A stretch of DNA of 24,000 nt from the NCBI RefSeq assembly GCF_028737255.1, contig NZ_JAQZAN010000026.1, positions 24,301-48,300 of the forward strand, in the 5' to 3' direction. Positions 13,853 to 21,786 of the stretch are shown here, in pieces. The notes beneath the pieces were generated by a model. That model made no database searches and was not told the DNA's origin. It saw nothing but the letters and a program-made list of their open reading frames with translations. Numbering within the stretch: position 1 is the first letter of the stretch; each line of letters starts with the position of its first letter. The DNA is from Actinomycetospora straminea (GTDB taxonomy: Bacteria > Actinomycetota > Actinomycetes > Mycobacteriales > Pseudonocardiaceae). A program made the translations under genes and the position numbers.

Positions 13853-15505
13853 ATGTCGCTCATGCCCGACGCCGACGTCATCGTGGTGGGGGCGGGGCTC
13901 GCGGGCCTCGTCGCCACGGCCGAGCTCGCGGACGCGGGCCGGCGGGTGGTCCTGCTCGACCAGGAGCCCGAGGCCTCGCTCGGCGGGCAGGCGTGGTGGT
14001 CGTTCGGCGGGCTGTTCCTCGTCGACAGCCCCGAGCAGCGCCGCCTGCGCGTCCGCGACTCGTTCGACCTGGCCTGGTCCGACTGGACCTCCAGCGCCGG
14101 CTTCGACCGTCCCGACGAGGACCGCTGGGGCCGGGAGTGGGCCCGCGCCTACGTCGAGTGGGCCGCCGGTGAGAAGCGCGCCTGGCTGCACGCGATGGGC
14201 GTGCGCTTCTTCCCCGTCGTCGGCTGGGCGGAGCGCGGCGGGGCGTCGGCCACCGGGCACGGCAACTCCGTGCCCCGCTTCCACATCGTCTGGGGCACCG
14301 GCCCCGGCATCCTCGAGCCGTTCCTGCGTCGGGTCCACGCCGCGGTCGCCGACGGGCGCGTGACGATCCGCTGCCGCCACCGCGTCGATGCCCTCACGAG
14401 CTCCGGCGGCGCGATCACCGGCGTGTCCGGCGCCGTGCTGCAGCCCTCGGAGGTCGCGCGCGGCGAGTCCAGCTCGCGCACCGTCGTCGGCGACTTCGCG
14501 CTGAGCGCCGACGCCGTCGTCGTCACCTCGGGCGGCATCGGCGGCGACCACGACGCCGTGCGCGCCGCGTGGCCCGAGCGCCTCGGCCCGCCGCCGCAGC
14601 AGATGATCTCCGGGGTGCCCGCCCACGTCGACGGCCGCATGATCGGGATCAGCGAGGACGCCGGCGCGCGCGTCGTCAACCGCGACCGGATGTGGCACTA
14701 CACCGAGGGGATCGTCAACCACTCCCCGGTGTGGCCGCTGCACGGCATCCGCATCCTGCCCGGGCCGTCCTCGCTCTGGTTCGACGCGGAGGGCCACCGC
14801 CTGCCCGCGCCGCTGTGGCCCGGGTTCGACACGCTCGCCACCCTCGAGCACATCCGGCGCACGGGCCACGACCACACCTGGTTCGTGCTCACCCAGCGGA
14901 TCCTCGAGAAGGAGTTCGCGCTCTCGGGCTCCGAGCAGAACCCGGACTTCACCGGCCGGGACGTCCGGCTGACCCTGCAGCGCGTGCGACCCGGGCCCAC
15001 CGAACCGGTCGCGGCGTTCCAGCGCTCGGGCGAGGACTTCGTGCAGGCCGACGACCTCGGCACCCTGGTGGACCGGATGAACGCGCTGACCCCGACGCCG
15101 TTGCTGGACGGGGCCCGGATCGAGCGGGAGGTCCTCGCCCGCGACGCCGAGCTCGCCAACCCCTACGGCAAGGACGGCCAGCTCGCCGCGGTCCGCGGCG
15201 CCCGCGCCTACCTCGGCGACCGCCTCGTGCGCGTCGCCCCGCCCCACCGCATCCTCGACCCGGCGGCGGGGCCGCTGGTGGCGGTCAAGCTGCACATCCT
15301 GACGCGCAAGACGCTCGGCGGGCTCTGGACGGACCTCGACGGCCGGGTCCTCCGGGCCGACGGCACCCCACTGCCCGGCCTGTACGCGGCGGGCGAGGCC
15401 GCGGGCTTCGGCGGCGGCGGGGTGCACGGCTACCGCTCGCTGGAGGGCACGTTCCTCGGCGGCTGCCTGTTCTCGGGGCGGCAGGTGGGACGCGCCCTGG
15501 CGTGA
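13853..15505 (+). CDS. FAD-binding dehydrogenase (fumarate reductase/KsdD-like flavoprotein fold)
   Basis: The N-terminal dinucleotide fold is DVIVVGAGLAGLVATAELADAGRRVVLLDQE. The C-terminal FAD motif is GLYAAGEAAGFGGGGVHGYRSLEGTFLGGCLFSGR. The protein is 550 aa with uniformly high GC3. Confidence 0.8.
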   Translation: MSLMPDADVIVVGAGLAGLVATAELADAGRRVVLLDQEPEASLGGQAWWSFGGLFLVDSPEQRRLRVRDSFDLAWSDWTSSAGFDRPDEDRWGREWARAYVEWAAGEKRAWLHAMGVRFFPVVGWAERGGASATGHGNSVPRFHIVWGTGPGILEPFLRRVHAAVADGRVTIRCRHRVDALTSSGGAITGVSGAVLQPSEVARGESSSRTVVGDFALSADAVVVTSGGIGGDHDAVRAAWPERLGPPPQQMISGVPAHVDGRMIGISEDAGARVVNRDRMWHYTEGIVNHSPVWPLHGIRILPGPSSLWFDAEGHRLPAPLWPGFDTLATLEHIRRTGHDHTWFVLTQRILEKEFALSGSEQNPDFTGRDVRLTLQRVRPGPTEPVAAFQRSGEDFVQADDLGTLVDRMNALTPTPLLDGARIEREVLARDAELANPYGKDGQLAAVRGARAYLGDRLVRVAPPHRILDPAAGPLVAVKLHILTRKTLGGLWTDLDGRVLRADGTPLPGLYAAGEAAGFGGGGVHGYRSLEGTFLGGCLFSGRQVGRALA

Positions 15506-15509
15506 TCGC

Positions 15510-15797
15510 TCAGGCCGGCGCGCCCGACTCGGTGCCGATCCAGATGCGCACGATCGACCCGGTCGACACCGCCGTGCCGGGCTCGGGGTCCTGGCGGGCG
15601 ATGTGCGCACGCCCGGCCGCGGTGTGCCAGGCGTTCTCCGGAACGGCGAGCAGACCGGCGTCCAGGGCACGGTCGTGGGCCTCGGCGGCCGGGACGCCGA
15701 CCAGCTCGGGCACGCGCGCCGTGGTGCCGCTCTCCGCGGCCACGGGAGTGGCCGGGACGTCGTCGGGCACGGGGTCCTCCTCGGGAGTCGGTTCCAT
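15510..15797 (-). CDS. Small single-PASTA-domain protein without signal peptide or TM segment
   Basis: VPELVGVPAAEAHDRALDAGLL...IARQDPEPGTAVSTGSIVRIWIG fits the PASTA pattern (VPxLxG...A...L...GL...V..Q.P..G..v..Gs.V.l). The N-terminus is acidic (MEPTPEEDPVPDD) with no hydrophobic stretch. ATG at 15797 has GAGGGG 5 nt upstream and lies 9 nt after the whiB stop. GC3 is high. Confidence 0.65.
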   Translation of the reverse strand: MEPTPEEDPVPDDVPATPVAAESGTTARVPELVGVPAAEAHDRALDAGLLAVPENAWHTAAGRAHIARQDPEPGTAVSTGSIVRIWIGTESGAPA

Positions 15798-15806
15798 CGC
15801 CACCCC

Positions 15807-16130
15807 TCAGGCCGCGGGGGTGTCGCGGCCGGCGTGCTCGCGACGGGCGTCACGGCGACGGCGGGCGAGGAGCGTGCGGCGCTCGTCCTCGCTCTCCCCG
15901 CCCCACACGCCGTAGGGCTCCTCCACCGTCCGGGCCCACTCGCGGCAGGGCGCGAGGACCGGGCAGCCCGCGCAGATCTCCTTCGCGCGGGCGACCCGGC
16001 GTTGCCGCGAGGGGTCCCGCTCGCCCTCCGGGTGGAAGAACACCGCGAGATCCATGTCGCGACAGGCCGCGCGGCGCTGCCAGTCCCAGTGCTCCACGAT
16101 CGCGGCCGGTAGGCGCGACACGTCCGCCAC
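15807..16130 (-). CDS. whiB: WhiB-family (Wbl) Fe-S transcription factor, WhiB3/WhiD-like
   Basis: WDWQRRAACRDMDLAVFFHPEGERD...AKEICAGCPVLAPCREWA...EPYGVWGGESEDERR carries the four Cys residues (C-Xn-C-X2-C-X5-C) and the GVWGG turn. I prefer the GTG start at 16130, which has AGGAGG 8 nt upstream. The track start at 16139 overlaps that SD. Confidence 0.9.
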   Translation of the reverse strand: MADVSRLPAAIVEHWDWQRRAACRDMDLAVFFHPEGERDPSRQRRVARAKEICAGCPVLAPCREWARTVEEPYGVWGGESEDERRTLLARRRRDARREHAGRDTPAA

Positions 16131-16383
16131 GGCAACCACCTCCTACAGCTTGTCGTAGGGGGCGCATACCCCCGGGGGCGGTGTCACACCCGGACCGGCC
16201 GGAGATCGGCGGTGGCGGCATCCGCTGCGCCCGGGGTCCCCCTCGGCGCCGCGCCCACACCACCGTCGGCACCCGGTGCTGTGTCCACCGTCATCCGCGG
16301 AGGTGTGCCGCGATCCGCCACCGACCCGTCGACGGGCCGCGGGCGCGATCTCCGTCCCGCGGGCGATCAGCGCGGCCGCGGCG

Positions 16384-16866
16384 TCAGGCCCGCGCCCGCC
16401 GCCGACGCAGCAGGACCATGACGGCCACGATGACGAGCAGCAGCGCCGCCGCGCCCAGCACACGCCAGGTGGTGCCGGCGCCGGTGTCCGCGACGGTGAT
16501 CGTGGTCTCGAGCCGCTGCTCCCCGCAGGTCGCGGTGACCTTGACGGGGCCCGGTGCCGCGTCGGCCGCGATCGTCACCGTCGACGAGACCGCCCACGGC
16601 TGGTGGCCCTCGGGGTCGCGCTCCCACGCGGTCCCGGTGACGCCGGGGCCGGCGGCCGGGGTCGTCGCCGGCTCCTCGCAGCCCATCTGCGCGGGCAACG
16701 ACGTGCCCGGCGCGAGCGGGGCGCCGTCACCGATGACGAGACCGGGATCGGCCGCCGCGGTGCCCGCACCCAGCGCGAGCAGGGCCACCACCAGCGAGGT
16801 CAGGAGCAGGCGCACCCGCTCACGGTGCCACCGACGGGCCGTCCACGGGCCGGCCCGAGCGCACAC
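16384..16866 (-). CDS. Hypothetical secreted protein with C-terminal sorting-signal-like anchor
   Basis: The signal peptide is [23 protein letters not shown]. The C-terminus reads [36 protein letters not shown] (motif, hydrophobic segment, basic tail). The start is uncertain: GTG at 16866, or GTG at 16815, which gives a cleaner signal peptide. Confidence 0.55.
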   Translation of the reverse strand: MCARAGPWTARRWHRERVRLLLTSLVVALLALGAGTAAADPGLVIGDGAPLAPGTSLPAQMGCEEPATTPAAGPGVTGTAWERDPEGHQPWAVSSTVTIAADAAPGPVKVTATCGEQRLETTITVADTGAGTTWRVLGAAALLLVIVAVMVLLRRRRARA

Positions 16867-16901
16867 GTTCAGGGCGGATCGGCCCGGGGCAGCCAGCGGC
16901 C

Positions 16902-17903
16902 ATGGAGCAACGCCACCTCGGCGGCCAGGGCCTGCGCGTCTCCGCGCTCGGCCTCGGCTGCATGGGCATGACCTTCGCCTACGGCGGTCAGGACGACACC
17001 GAGTCGCGCGCGACGATCGAGCGCGCGATCGATCTCGGCGTCACCTTCCTCGACACCGCCGACATGTACGGCCCGCACACCAACGAGGAGCTGCTCGGCT
17101 CGGTGCTGGCCGGGCTGGGCCCGAGGCGCGACGAGGTCGTGCTCGCCACCAAGTTCGGCAACGAGATCGGCCCCGACGGGCAGGGCACCGGCCGCGTCAA
17201 CGGCCGCCCCGACTACCTGCGCGGCCAGATCGACGGGTCGCTGCAGCGGCTCGGCGTCGACCACGTCGACCTCTACTACCAGCACCGCGTCGACCCCGAC
17301 GTCCCGATCGAGGAGACCTGGGGCGCGCTGGGCGAGCTCGTCACGGCCGGCAAGGTCCGCCACCTCGGCATCTCCGAGGCCGCACCCGACACCATCCGCC
17401 GCGCCCACGCCACCGCCCCGATGAGCGCGGTGCAGACCGAGTACTCGCTGTTCACCCGCGACGTCGAGGACAACGGCGTCCTCGCGACGTGCCGCGAGCT
17501 CGGCATCGGGTTCGTGCCCTACAGCCCGATCGGCCGCGGCTTCCTGTCCGGCACGATCCGGCGCACCGAGGACCTGCCCGAGGGCGACTGGCGGCGCAAC
17601 TCGCCGCGGTTCCGGGGCGAGGCGCTGCAGGCCAACCTGCGGGTCCTGGACGAGGTGAACTCGCTGGCCGAGCGCAAGGGCGTCACGCCGACACAGCTCG
17701 CGCTCGCGTGGGTGCTCGCCCAGGGTGACGACGTCGTGCCGATCCCGGGCACCAAGCGCCGCACCTACCTCGAGGAGAACGTCGGCGCGGCCGACGTCAC
17801 CCTCAGCACCGAGGAGCTCGCGGCGATCGAGGAGGTGGCCCCGGTCGGCGTCGCCGCCGGCGAGCGCTACCCCGCCGCCGCCATGCGGACGCTCAACCAC
17901 TGA
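16902..17903 (+). CDS. Aldo/keto reductase
   Basis: LGLGCMGMT...[25 protein letters not shown]...VLATKFG...[14 protein letters not shown]...[11 protein letters not shown]...QTEYSLF...[14 protein letters not shown]...PIPGTKR is the canonical AKR motif series. Confidence 0.9.
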   Translation: MEQRHLGGQGLRVSALGLGCMGMTFAYGGQDDTESRATIERAIDLGVTFLDTADMYGPHTNEELLGSVLAGLGPRRDEVVLATKFGNEIGPDGQGTGRVNGRPDYLRGQIDGSLQRLGVDHVDLYYQHRVDPDVPIEETWGALGELVTAGKVRHLGISEAAPDTIRRAHATAPMSAVQTEYSLFTRDVEDNGVLATCRELGIGFVPYSPIGRGFLSGTIRRTEDLPEGDWRRNSPRFRGEALQANLRVLDEVNSLAERKGVTPTQLALAWVLAQGDDVVPIPGTKRRTYLEENVGAADVTLSTEELAAIEEVAPVGVAAGERYPAAAMRTLNH

Positions 17904-17909
17904 CCCCGA

Positions 17910-17951
17910 CGTGCGTGATCTTCTGAGCTGTGGCTCGGAAGATCACGCACG
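17910..17951. terminator. Bidirectional hairpin between convergent AKR and esterase genes
   Basis: CGTGCGTGATCTTC-tGAGCtgtgGCTCg-GAAGATCACGCACG has 14-bp perfect arms plus a 4-bp inner stem. The right arm overlaps the esterase stop codon at 17943-17945. Confidence 0.65.
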
Positions 17952-19016
17952 ACGGGTCGCCTCCTCGCGGGTCGTCAGGGCGACCCCGGCGCGCAGGGAC
18001 GAGGCGGCGTCGAGGATCGCGTCCCGCGCCGTCGGGACGACGCCGGCCAGGCCCGCGTAACCGTGCACCAGCCCGGGGAAGCGGCGGAACGCGACCGGCA
18101 CGCCGGCGGCGCGCAGCGCCACGACGAGCTCCTCCCCCTCGTCGCGCAGCGGGTCGAACCCGGCCGTCGAGACGTAGCAGGGCGGCATGATCCCGAGGTC
18201 GTCGACCTCGAGCAGACCGGTCGCCCGGATCGGCTCGATCCCGTCGGGCAGGTAGTAGCGCTCGAAGACCTCGATGTCGACGGTGCGCAGCCCGAAGCCC
18301 TCCGCGAACAGCTCCCGCGAGCCGCCCGCGCGCCCCGCGTCGGTGACCGGGTACATCGCCAGGACGAACGCCGGGGACTCGCCGCGGCGCCGGGTGAGCT
18401 GGTGGGCGGCGGTGAGGGCGAGGTTGGCGCCCGCCGAGTCGCCGCCCGTGGCCACGGCCGTCGCCCGGAAGTCCTCGCGGTGGGTCAGGACGTGGTGCAG
18501 CGCCGACGCCGCGTCGGCCAGTCCGGCCGGGAACGGGTGCTCGGGCGCCAGTCGGTACTCCACCGACAGCACCCGCACCGCGGCCTGGTGGGCGAGCACG
18601 CGGCACAGGGGCTCGCTCGAGACGAGGCTGCCCAGCGCGAACCCGCCGCCGTGGAAGTGCACGAGCAGCGGCGCGTCCCGGTCGGCCACCTCCGCCGGCG
18701 TGTAGAGCCGGGCGGCGAGCGTGCCGGGCTCCTCGCGGCCGGGCCCCGCGTCCACCGGGATCGCCACGTCCTCCGCCGCGACCCCGGGCGTGGCCGACCA
18801 CGCGAGGCCGGCCGCGCGGTCGGTGGCCGCGCGCTGCTCGTCCAGCGGGGGCTCCTCCCCGCCGGCGACGAGGCCGAGCAGGCGGATGACGACCTGGACG
18901 TCGAGGTCGAGGGTCTGCCCGTCGCGGTGGACCGGGGGACCGGCGATGAGCCGGCGGGCGGGGCGCGGCAGCGCGATGATGGCGCGCAGGACGCGCCGGA
19001 GGGCACCGAACATCAC
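17943..19016 (-). CDS. Alpha/beta hydrolase, hormone-sensitive-lipase-type esterase/lipase
   Basis: The oxyanion motif is HFHGGGFALGS, the nucleophile elbow is GGDSAGANLA, and the C-terminal catalytic His context is FPGLVHGY. The start is GTG at 19016 or the adjacent ATG at 19013. Confidence 0.85.
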   Translation of the reverse strand: MMFGALRRVLRAIIALPRPARRLIAGPPVHRDGQTLDLDVQVVIRLLGLVAGGEEPPLDEQRAATDRAAGLAWSATPGVAAEDVAIPVDAGPGREEPGTLAARLYTPAEVADRDAPLLVHFHGGGFALGSLVSSEPLCRVLAHQAAVRVLSVEYRLAPEHPFPAGLADAASALHHVLTHREDFRATAVATGGDSAGANLALTAAHQLTRRRGESPAFVLAMYPVTDAGRAGGSRELFAEGFGLRTVDIEVFERYYLPDGIEPIRATGLLEVDDLGIMPPCYVSTAGFDPLRDEGEELVVALRAAGVPVAFRRFPGLVHGYAGLAGVVPTARDAILDAASSLRAGVALTTREEATRRA

Positions 19017-19034
19017 CCGGCGAGCCTAGGACGA

Positions 19035-19412
19035 TCAGGGGCCGGGGCGTCGCAGGCGGACGGGCCCCGTGGCGGTCGACGGGTCGACGACGCGCCCCTG
19101 CTGGGTGATCTCCACCGATCCGGCGGCGACGAGCCGGCGCGCCGCCCGGCGGGCGTCCTCCATGAGCTCGCGCCACCCCTCGGGATCGACCCGGCGCGCC
19201 GCCTCCGACGGGCAGATCGTCGCGCCGTGCCGGCGGTGGTCGAGCAGGTCGACGATCGCGGCCTCCAGGTCGTGGTCGACGTCGCGCAACCCCCGGCGGC
19301 GGCAGGCGTCGCTGCACCAGCGCACCTCGTCGAACGACCGTGCCCAGCGCTTGCGCGGCGTCATCCGCCGCCCGCAGCCCGCGCAGGTCTTCTCGGCCGT
19401 CCCGTCCGCCAC
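19035..19412 (-). CDS. DUF2256 zinc-ribbon fused to DUF3253 domain protein
   Basis: The N-terminus CAGCGRRMTPRKRWARSFDEVRWCSDACRR matches the DUF2256 CxxC...CxxxC pattern. The C-terminus ICPSEAARRV...GWRELMEDARRAARRLVAAGSVEITQQGRVVDPSTATGPVRLR matches the DUF3253 pattern. Confidence 0.7.
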   Translation of the reverse strand: MADGTAEKTCAGCGRRMTPRKRWARSFDEVRWCSDACRRRGLRDVDHDLEAAIVDLLDHRRHGATICPSEAARRVDPEGWRELMEDARRAARRLVAAGSVEITQQGRVVDPSTATGPVRLRRPGP

Positions 19413-19422
19413 GACGTGGGGT

Positions 19423-19459
19423 TACCCCGCGCGCGGGTGCCCTGCCCCCGTGCGGGGTA
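19423..19459. promoter_or_regulatory. Inverted repeat TACCCCGC-N21-GCGGGGTA in a 57-bp divergent intergenic region
   Basis: The arms at 19423-19430 and 19452-19459 are perfectly complementary. The repeat lies between the DUF2256/DUF3253 start (19412) and the SRPBCC start (19470). Confidence 0.3.
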
Positions 19460-19469
19460 GTGGGGGGAG

Positions 19470-19904
19470 GTGAGCACGCCGGTTGTCCGCGAGGTGACCA
19501 TCGCCGCCCCCGTCCCCCGGGTCATCGAGGTGATCTCCGACCTCGAGAACACCGACCGCTGGGCCAACGAGGCCAAGTCGGCGAAGGTCCAGGAGCACGA
19601 CGACCAGGGCCGCCCGACGCGCATCGTCGTCACCCTGGGTGCGCTGAGCTTCACCACCGACTCGACCTACGAGGTCTCCTACGGCGACGGGTCGGTGACG
19701 CTGACCTGCGTCGCCGGCAAGTTGATCAAGGAGAGCACGATCGACTACCGCGCCCACGACGAGGGCGACGGGACCACGCGGCTGGTGATGTCCTCGACGA
19801 TGGAGGTCACCGTCAAGGGCGTCCCGCGCTGGGGGCTCGACCGCGCCATGGGCTCCAGCGCCGAGAAGAACCTGCAGTCGATCAAGAAGGACGCCGAGGG
19901 CTAG
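19470..19904 (+). CDS. SRPBCC-family (polyketide cyclase/dehydrase-like, START fold) protein
   Basis: The length is 144 aa. The N-terminus VVREVTIAAPVPRVIEVISDLENTDRW and the alternating beta-strand pattern are typical of SRPBCC ligand-binding proteins. GTG at 19470 directly follows a G-rich SD-like run, so the spacing is tight. Confidence 0.6.
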   Translation: MSTPVVREVTIAAPVPRVIEVISDLENTDRWANEAKSAKVQEHDDQGRPTRIVVTLGALSFTTDSTYEVSYGDGSVTLTCVAGKLIKESTIDYRAHDEGDGTTRLVMSSTMEVTVKGVPRWGLDRAMGSSAEKNLQSIKKDAEG

Positions 19905-19911
19905 CAGCGCC

Positions 19912-21108
19912 CTAGACCACCTTCTCCGCGGCCAGGGCCGCGAGCTGCTCGTCCGACAGGCCCAGCTCGCGGTAGACCTCGGCGTTGTGGTGCCCCGGCA
20001 CCGGCGGGCCGGCCCAGCGCACCGCGCCCGGGGTGTCGGAGAACACCGGCACGACACCGGGACCCAGGACGTCCTCGTCGAAGCGCTCGTCGAAGTGCGG
20101 CGCGAGCATCCCGCGGGCGCGCAGCTGGGGGTCGGCGACGACCTCGGCCGCGGTGTTGATCGGCCCGCAGATGACGCCGGCCTCGTCGAGCACGCGGCGC
20201 ACCTCGTCGGCGGGCAGCGACCCCACCCAGTCGCCGACGATGCCGTCGAGCTCGTCCTGGCGCTCGCCGCGGGCGCGGTGGTCGGCGAAGCGCGGGTCGT
20301 CGGCGAGCTCCGGGCGACCCATCGCCCCGCACAGCCGCCGGAACACCGTGTCCTGGTTGGCGGCGACGACGAGCCACAGCTCGTCGGCGGTGCGGTAGAC
20401 GTTCGACGGGGCGATGCCCTCGAGGCGCGTGCCGCCGGGCTGGCGGATGCGGCCGAGCTTGTCGTACTCCGGGATGATCGACTCGAGCACCGACAGGCAC
20501 GCCTCGGTCAGCGCCACGTCGACGACCTGGCCCCGGCCCGTCACCGAGCGGTGGTGCAGTGCGGCGAGCACGCCCTGCACCGCGACCATCCCGGCCAGCG
20601 AGTCGCCCAGCGAGATCGCCTGCCGCGGCGGCGCCTGCCCCGGGTAGCCGTTGATGTAGCGCAGGCCCGACAGCGCCTCGGCCACCGACGCGTAGCCCGC
20701 CTTGTCCGCGTACGGGCCCGTCTGCCCGTAGCCCGACACCCGCGCGAGCACCAGGCCCGGGTTCACTGCCGAGAGCCGGTCCCAGCCGAGGTTCCAGCGC
20801 TCGAGCGTGCCCGGCCGGAAGTTCTCGACGATGACGTCGGCACCCTCGACGAGCTGCAGGAACAGCTCCTGGCCGCGCTCCGAGCGCAGGTCGAGGGTGA
20901 TGCAGCGCTTGTTGCGGGCGTGGACGGTCCACCACAGCCGGTGGCCCTTGTACGACTCCTGACCCCAGTCGCGCATCGGGTCCTGCCCGCCCGGCGGCTC
21001 GATCTTGACCACGTCCGCGCCGTAGTCGGCGAGCAGCCGACCGGCGAACGGGCCGGCGACGATCGTGCCGAGCTCCAGCACCCGGACGTCGGCGAGCGGA
21101 CCGGTCAC
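19912..21108 (-). CDS. Family III CoA-transferase (CaiB/BaiF type)
   Basis: GPLADVRVLELGTIVAGPFAGRLLADYGADVVKIEPPGG...NKRCITLDLRS..GQELFLQLVEGADVIVENFRPGTLERW is the canonical N-terminus. GTG at 21108 overlaps the upstream stop as GTGA. The track ORF extends spuriously to 22959. Confidence 0.9.
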   Translation of the reverse strand: MTGPLADVRVLELGTIVAGPFAGRLLADYGADVVKIEPPGGQDPMRDWGQESYKGHRLWWTVHARNKRCITLDLRSERGQELFLQLVEGADVIVENFRPGTLERWNLGWDRLSAVNPGLVLARVSGYGQTGPYADKAGYASVAEALSGLRYINGYPGQAPPRQAISLGDSLAGMVAVQGVLAALHHRSVTGRGQVVDVALTEACLSVLESIIPEYDKLGRIRQPGGTRLEGIAPSNVYRTADELWLVVAANQDTVFRRLCGAMGRPELADDPRFADHRARGERQDELDGIVGDWVGSLPADEVRRVLDEAGVICGPINTAAEVVADPQLRARGMLAPHFDERFDEDVLGPGVVPVFSDTPGAVRWAGPPVPGHHNAEVYRELGLSDEQLAALAAEKVV

Positions 21109-21596
21109 TCCGACGCCGCCGGGCTCGTCCGCGCGTAGCTCCCCCGGTGGAACACGAGCGGCGGGTCGCCCGGCGCGCCGAGGTCGTGCACGGCGCCGAC
21201 GACGATGAGGTGGTCGCCGCCGTCGTGCACCGCGTGCAGCGTGCAGTCGATCCACGCGGTGGCGCCCCCGAGAATCGGCGAGCCGAGCCCGGAGGTGCGC
21301 CAGTCGACGCCGGCGAACTTGTCGCCGCCGGAGATCGCGAACCGCGTGGAGAGCTCCTCCTGCTCCGCGGAGAGGACGTTGACCACGAAGCGGCCCGTCG
21401 CCTCGATCTTCGGCCAGCTCGACGACGAGCGTCCCGGCAGCACGAGCACGAGCGGTGGGTCGAGCGAGAGCGAGGAGAACGACTGGCACGTGAAGCCCGC
21501 CGGCCCGTCGGGGGTGGTGCCGGTGACGACGGTGACGCCGCTGGGGAAGTGCCCCAGCACCTGGCGCATCGTCGAGGGGTCGGTGCCCTCGCTCAT
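21105..21596 (-). CDS. Flavin reductase (HpaC-like NAD(P)H:flavin oxidoreductase domain)
   Basis: MRQVLGHFPSGVTVVTG...GFTCQSFSSLSLDPPLVLV...FVVNVLSAEQEELSTRFA...GDHLIVVGAV...PLVFHRGSY matches the flavin reductase pattern. ATG at 21596 has GGGAGG 7 nt upstream. Confidence 0.85.
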   Translation of the reverse strand: MSEGTDPSTMRQVLGHFPSGVTVVTGTTPDGPAGFTCQSFSSLSLDPPLVLVLPGRSSSSWPKIEATGRFVVNVLSAEQEELSTRFAISGGDKFAGVDWRTSGLGSPILGGATAWIDCTLHAVHDGGDHLIVVGAVHDLGAPGDPPLVFHRGSYARTSPAASE

Positions 21597-21746
21597 TCGC
21601 GTGCCTCCCGGGAGCTGTGCCTTTGGAGAGCACCGTATTGCCCCCGTGCACCCGTCGCAGGCATGAGCCCGCGCTCGCCGACCAAGACGCTGGACGTCTC
21701 GGTCGATCTGCACTTCGCTCTTTTTCGTCCGGGATGGGTCGTGTCA

Positions 21747-21776
21747 CGCTCGTCGCGACCCGGTCACCGACGAGCG
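21747..21776 (+). promoter_or_regulatory. 5'-leader hairpin abutting the SD of the monooxygenase gene
   Basis: CGCTCGTCG-cgacccggtcac-CGACGAGCG has a 9-bp perfect stem. Its right arm ends at the first G of the GGAGGG SD (21776-21781), upstream of GTG 21787. Confidence 0.35.
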
Positions 21777-21786
21777 GAGGGCAGCC

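Noticed and set aside
13622-16135. 837-aa minus-strand ORF spanning rpf, the FAD dehydrogenase and whiB. Similar long ORFs lie at 7933-9636 (+), 9381-11924 (+), 16181-17728 (+) and 17893-19317 (-)
   Set aside because: The reason is the same as above: Arg/Pro-rich nonsense translation opposite well-supported genes. Only the short in-frame segments corresponding to real genes were kept.
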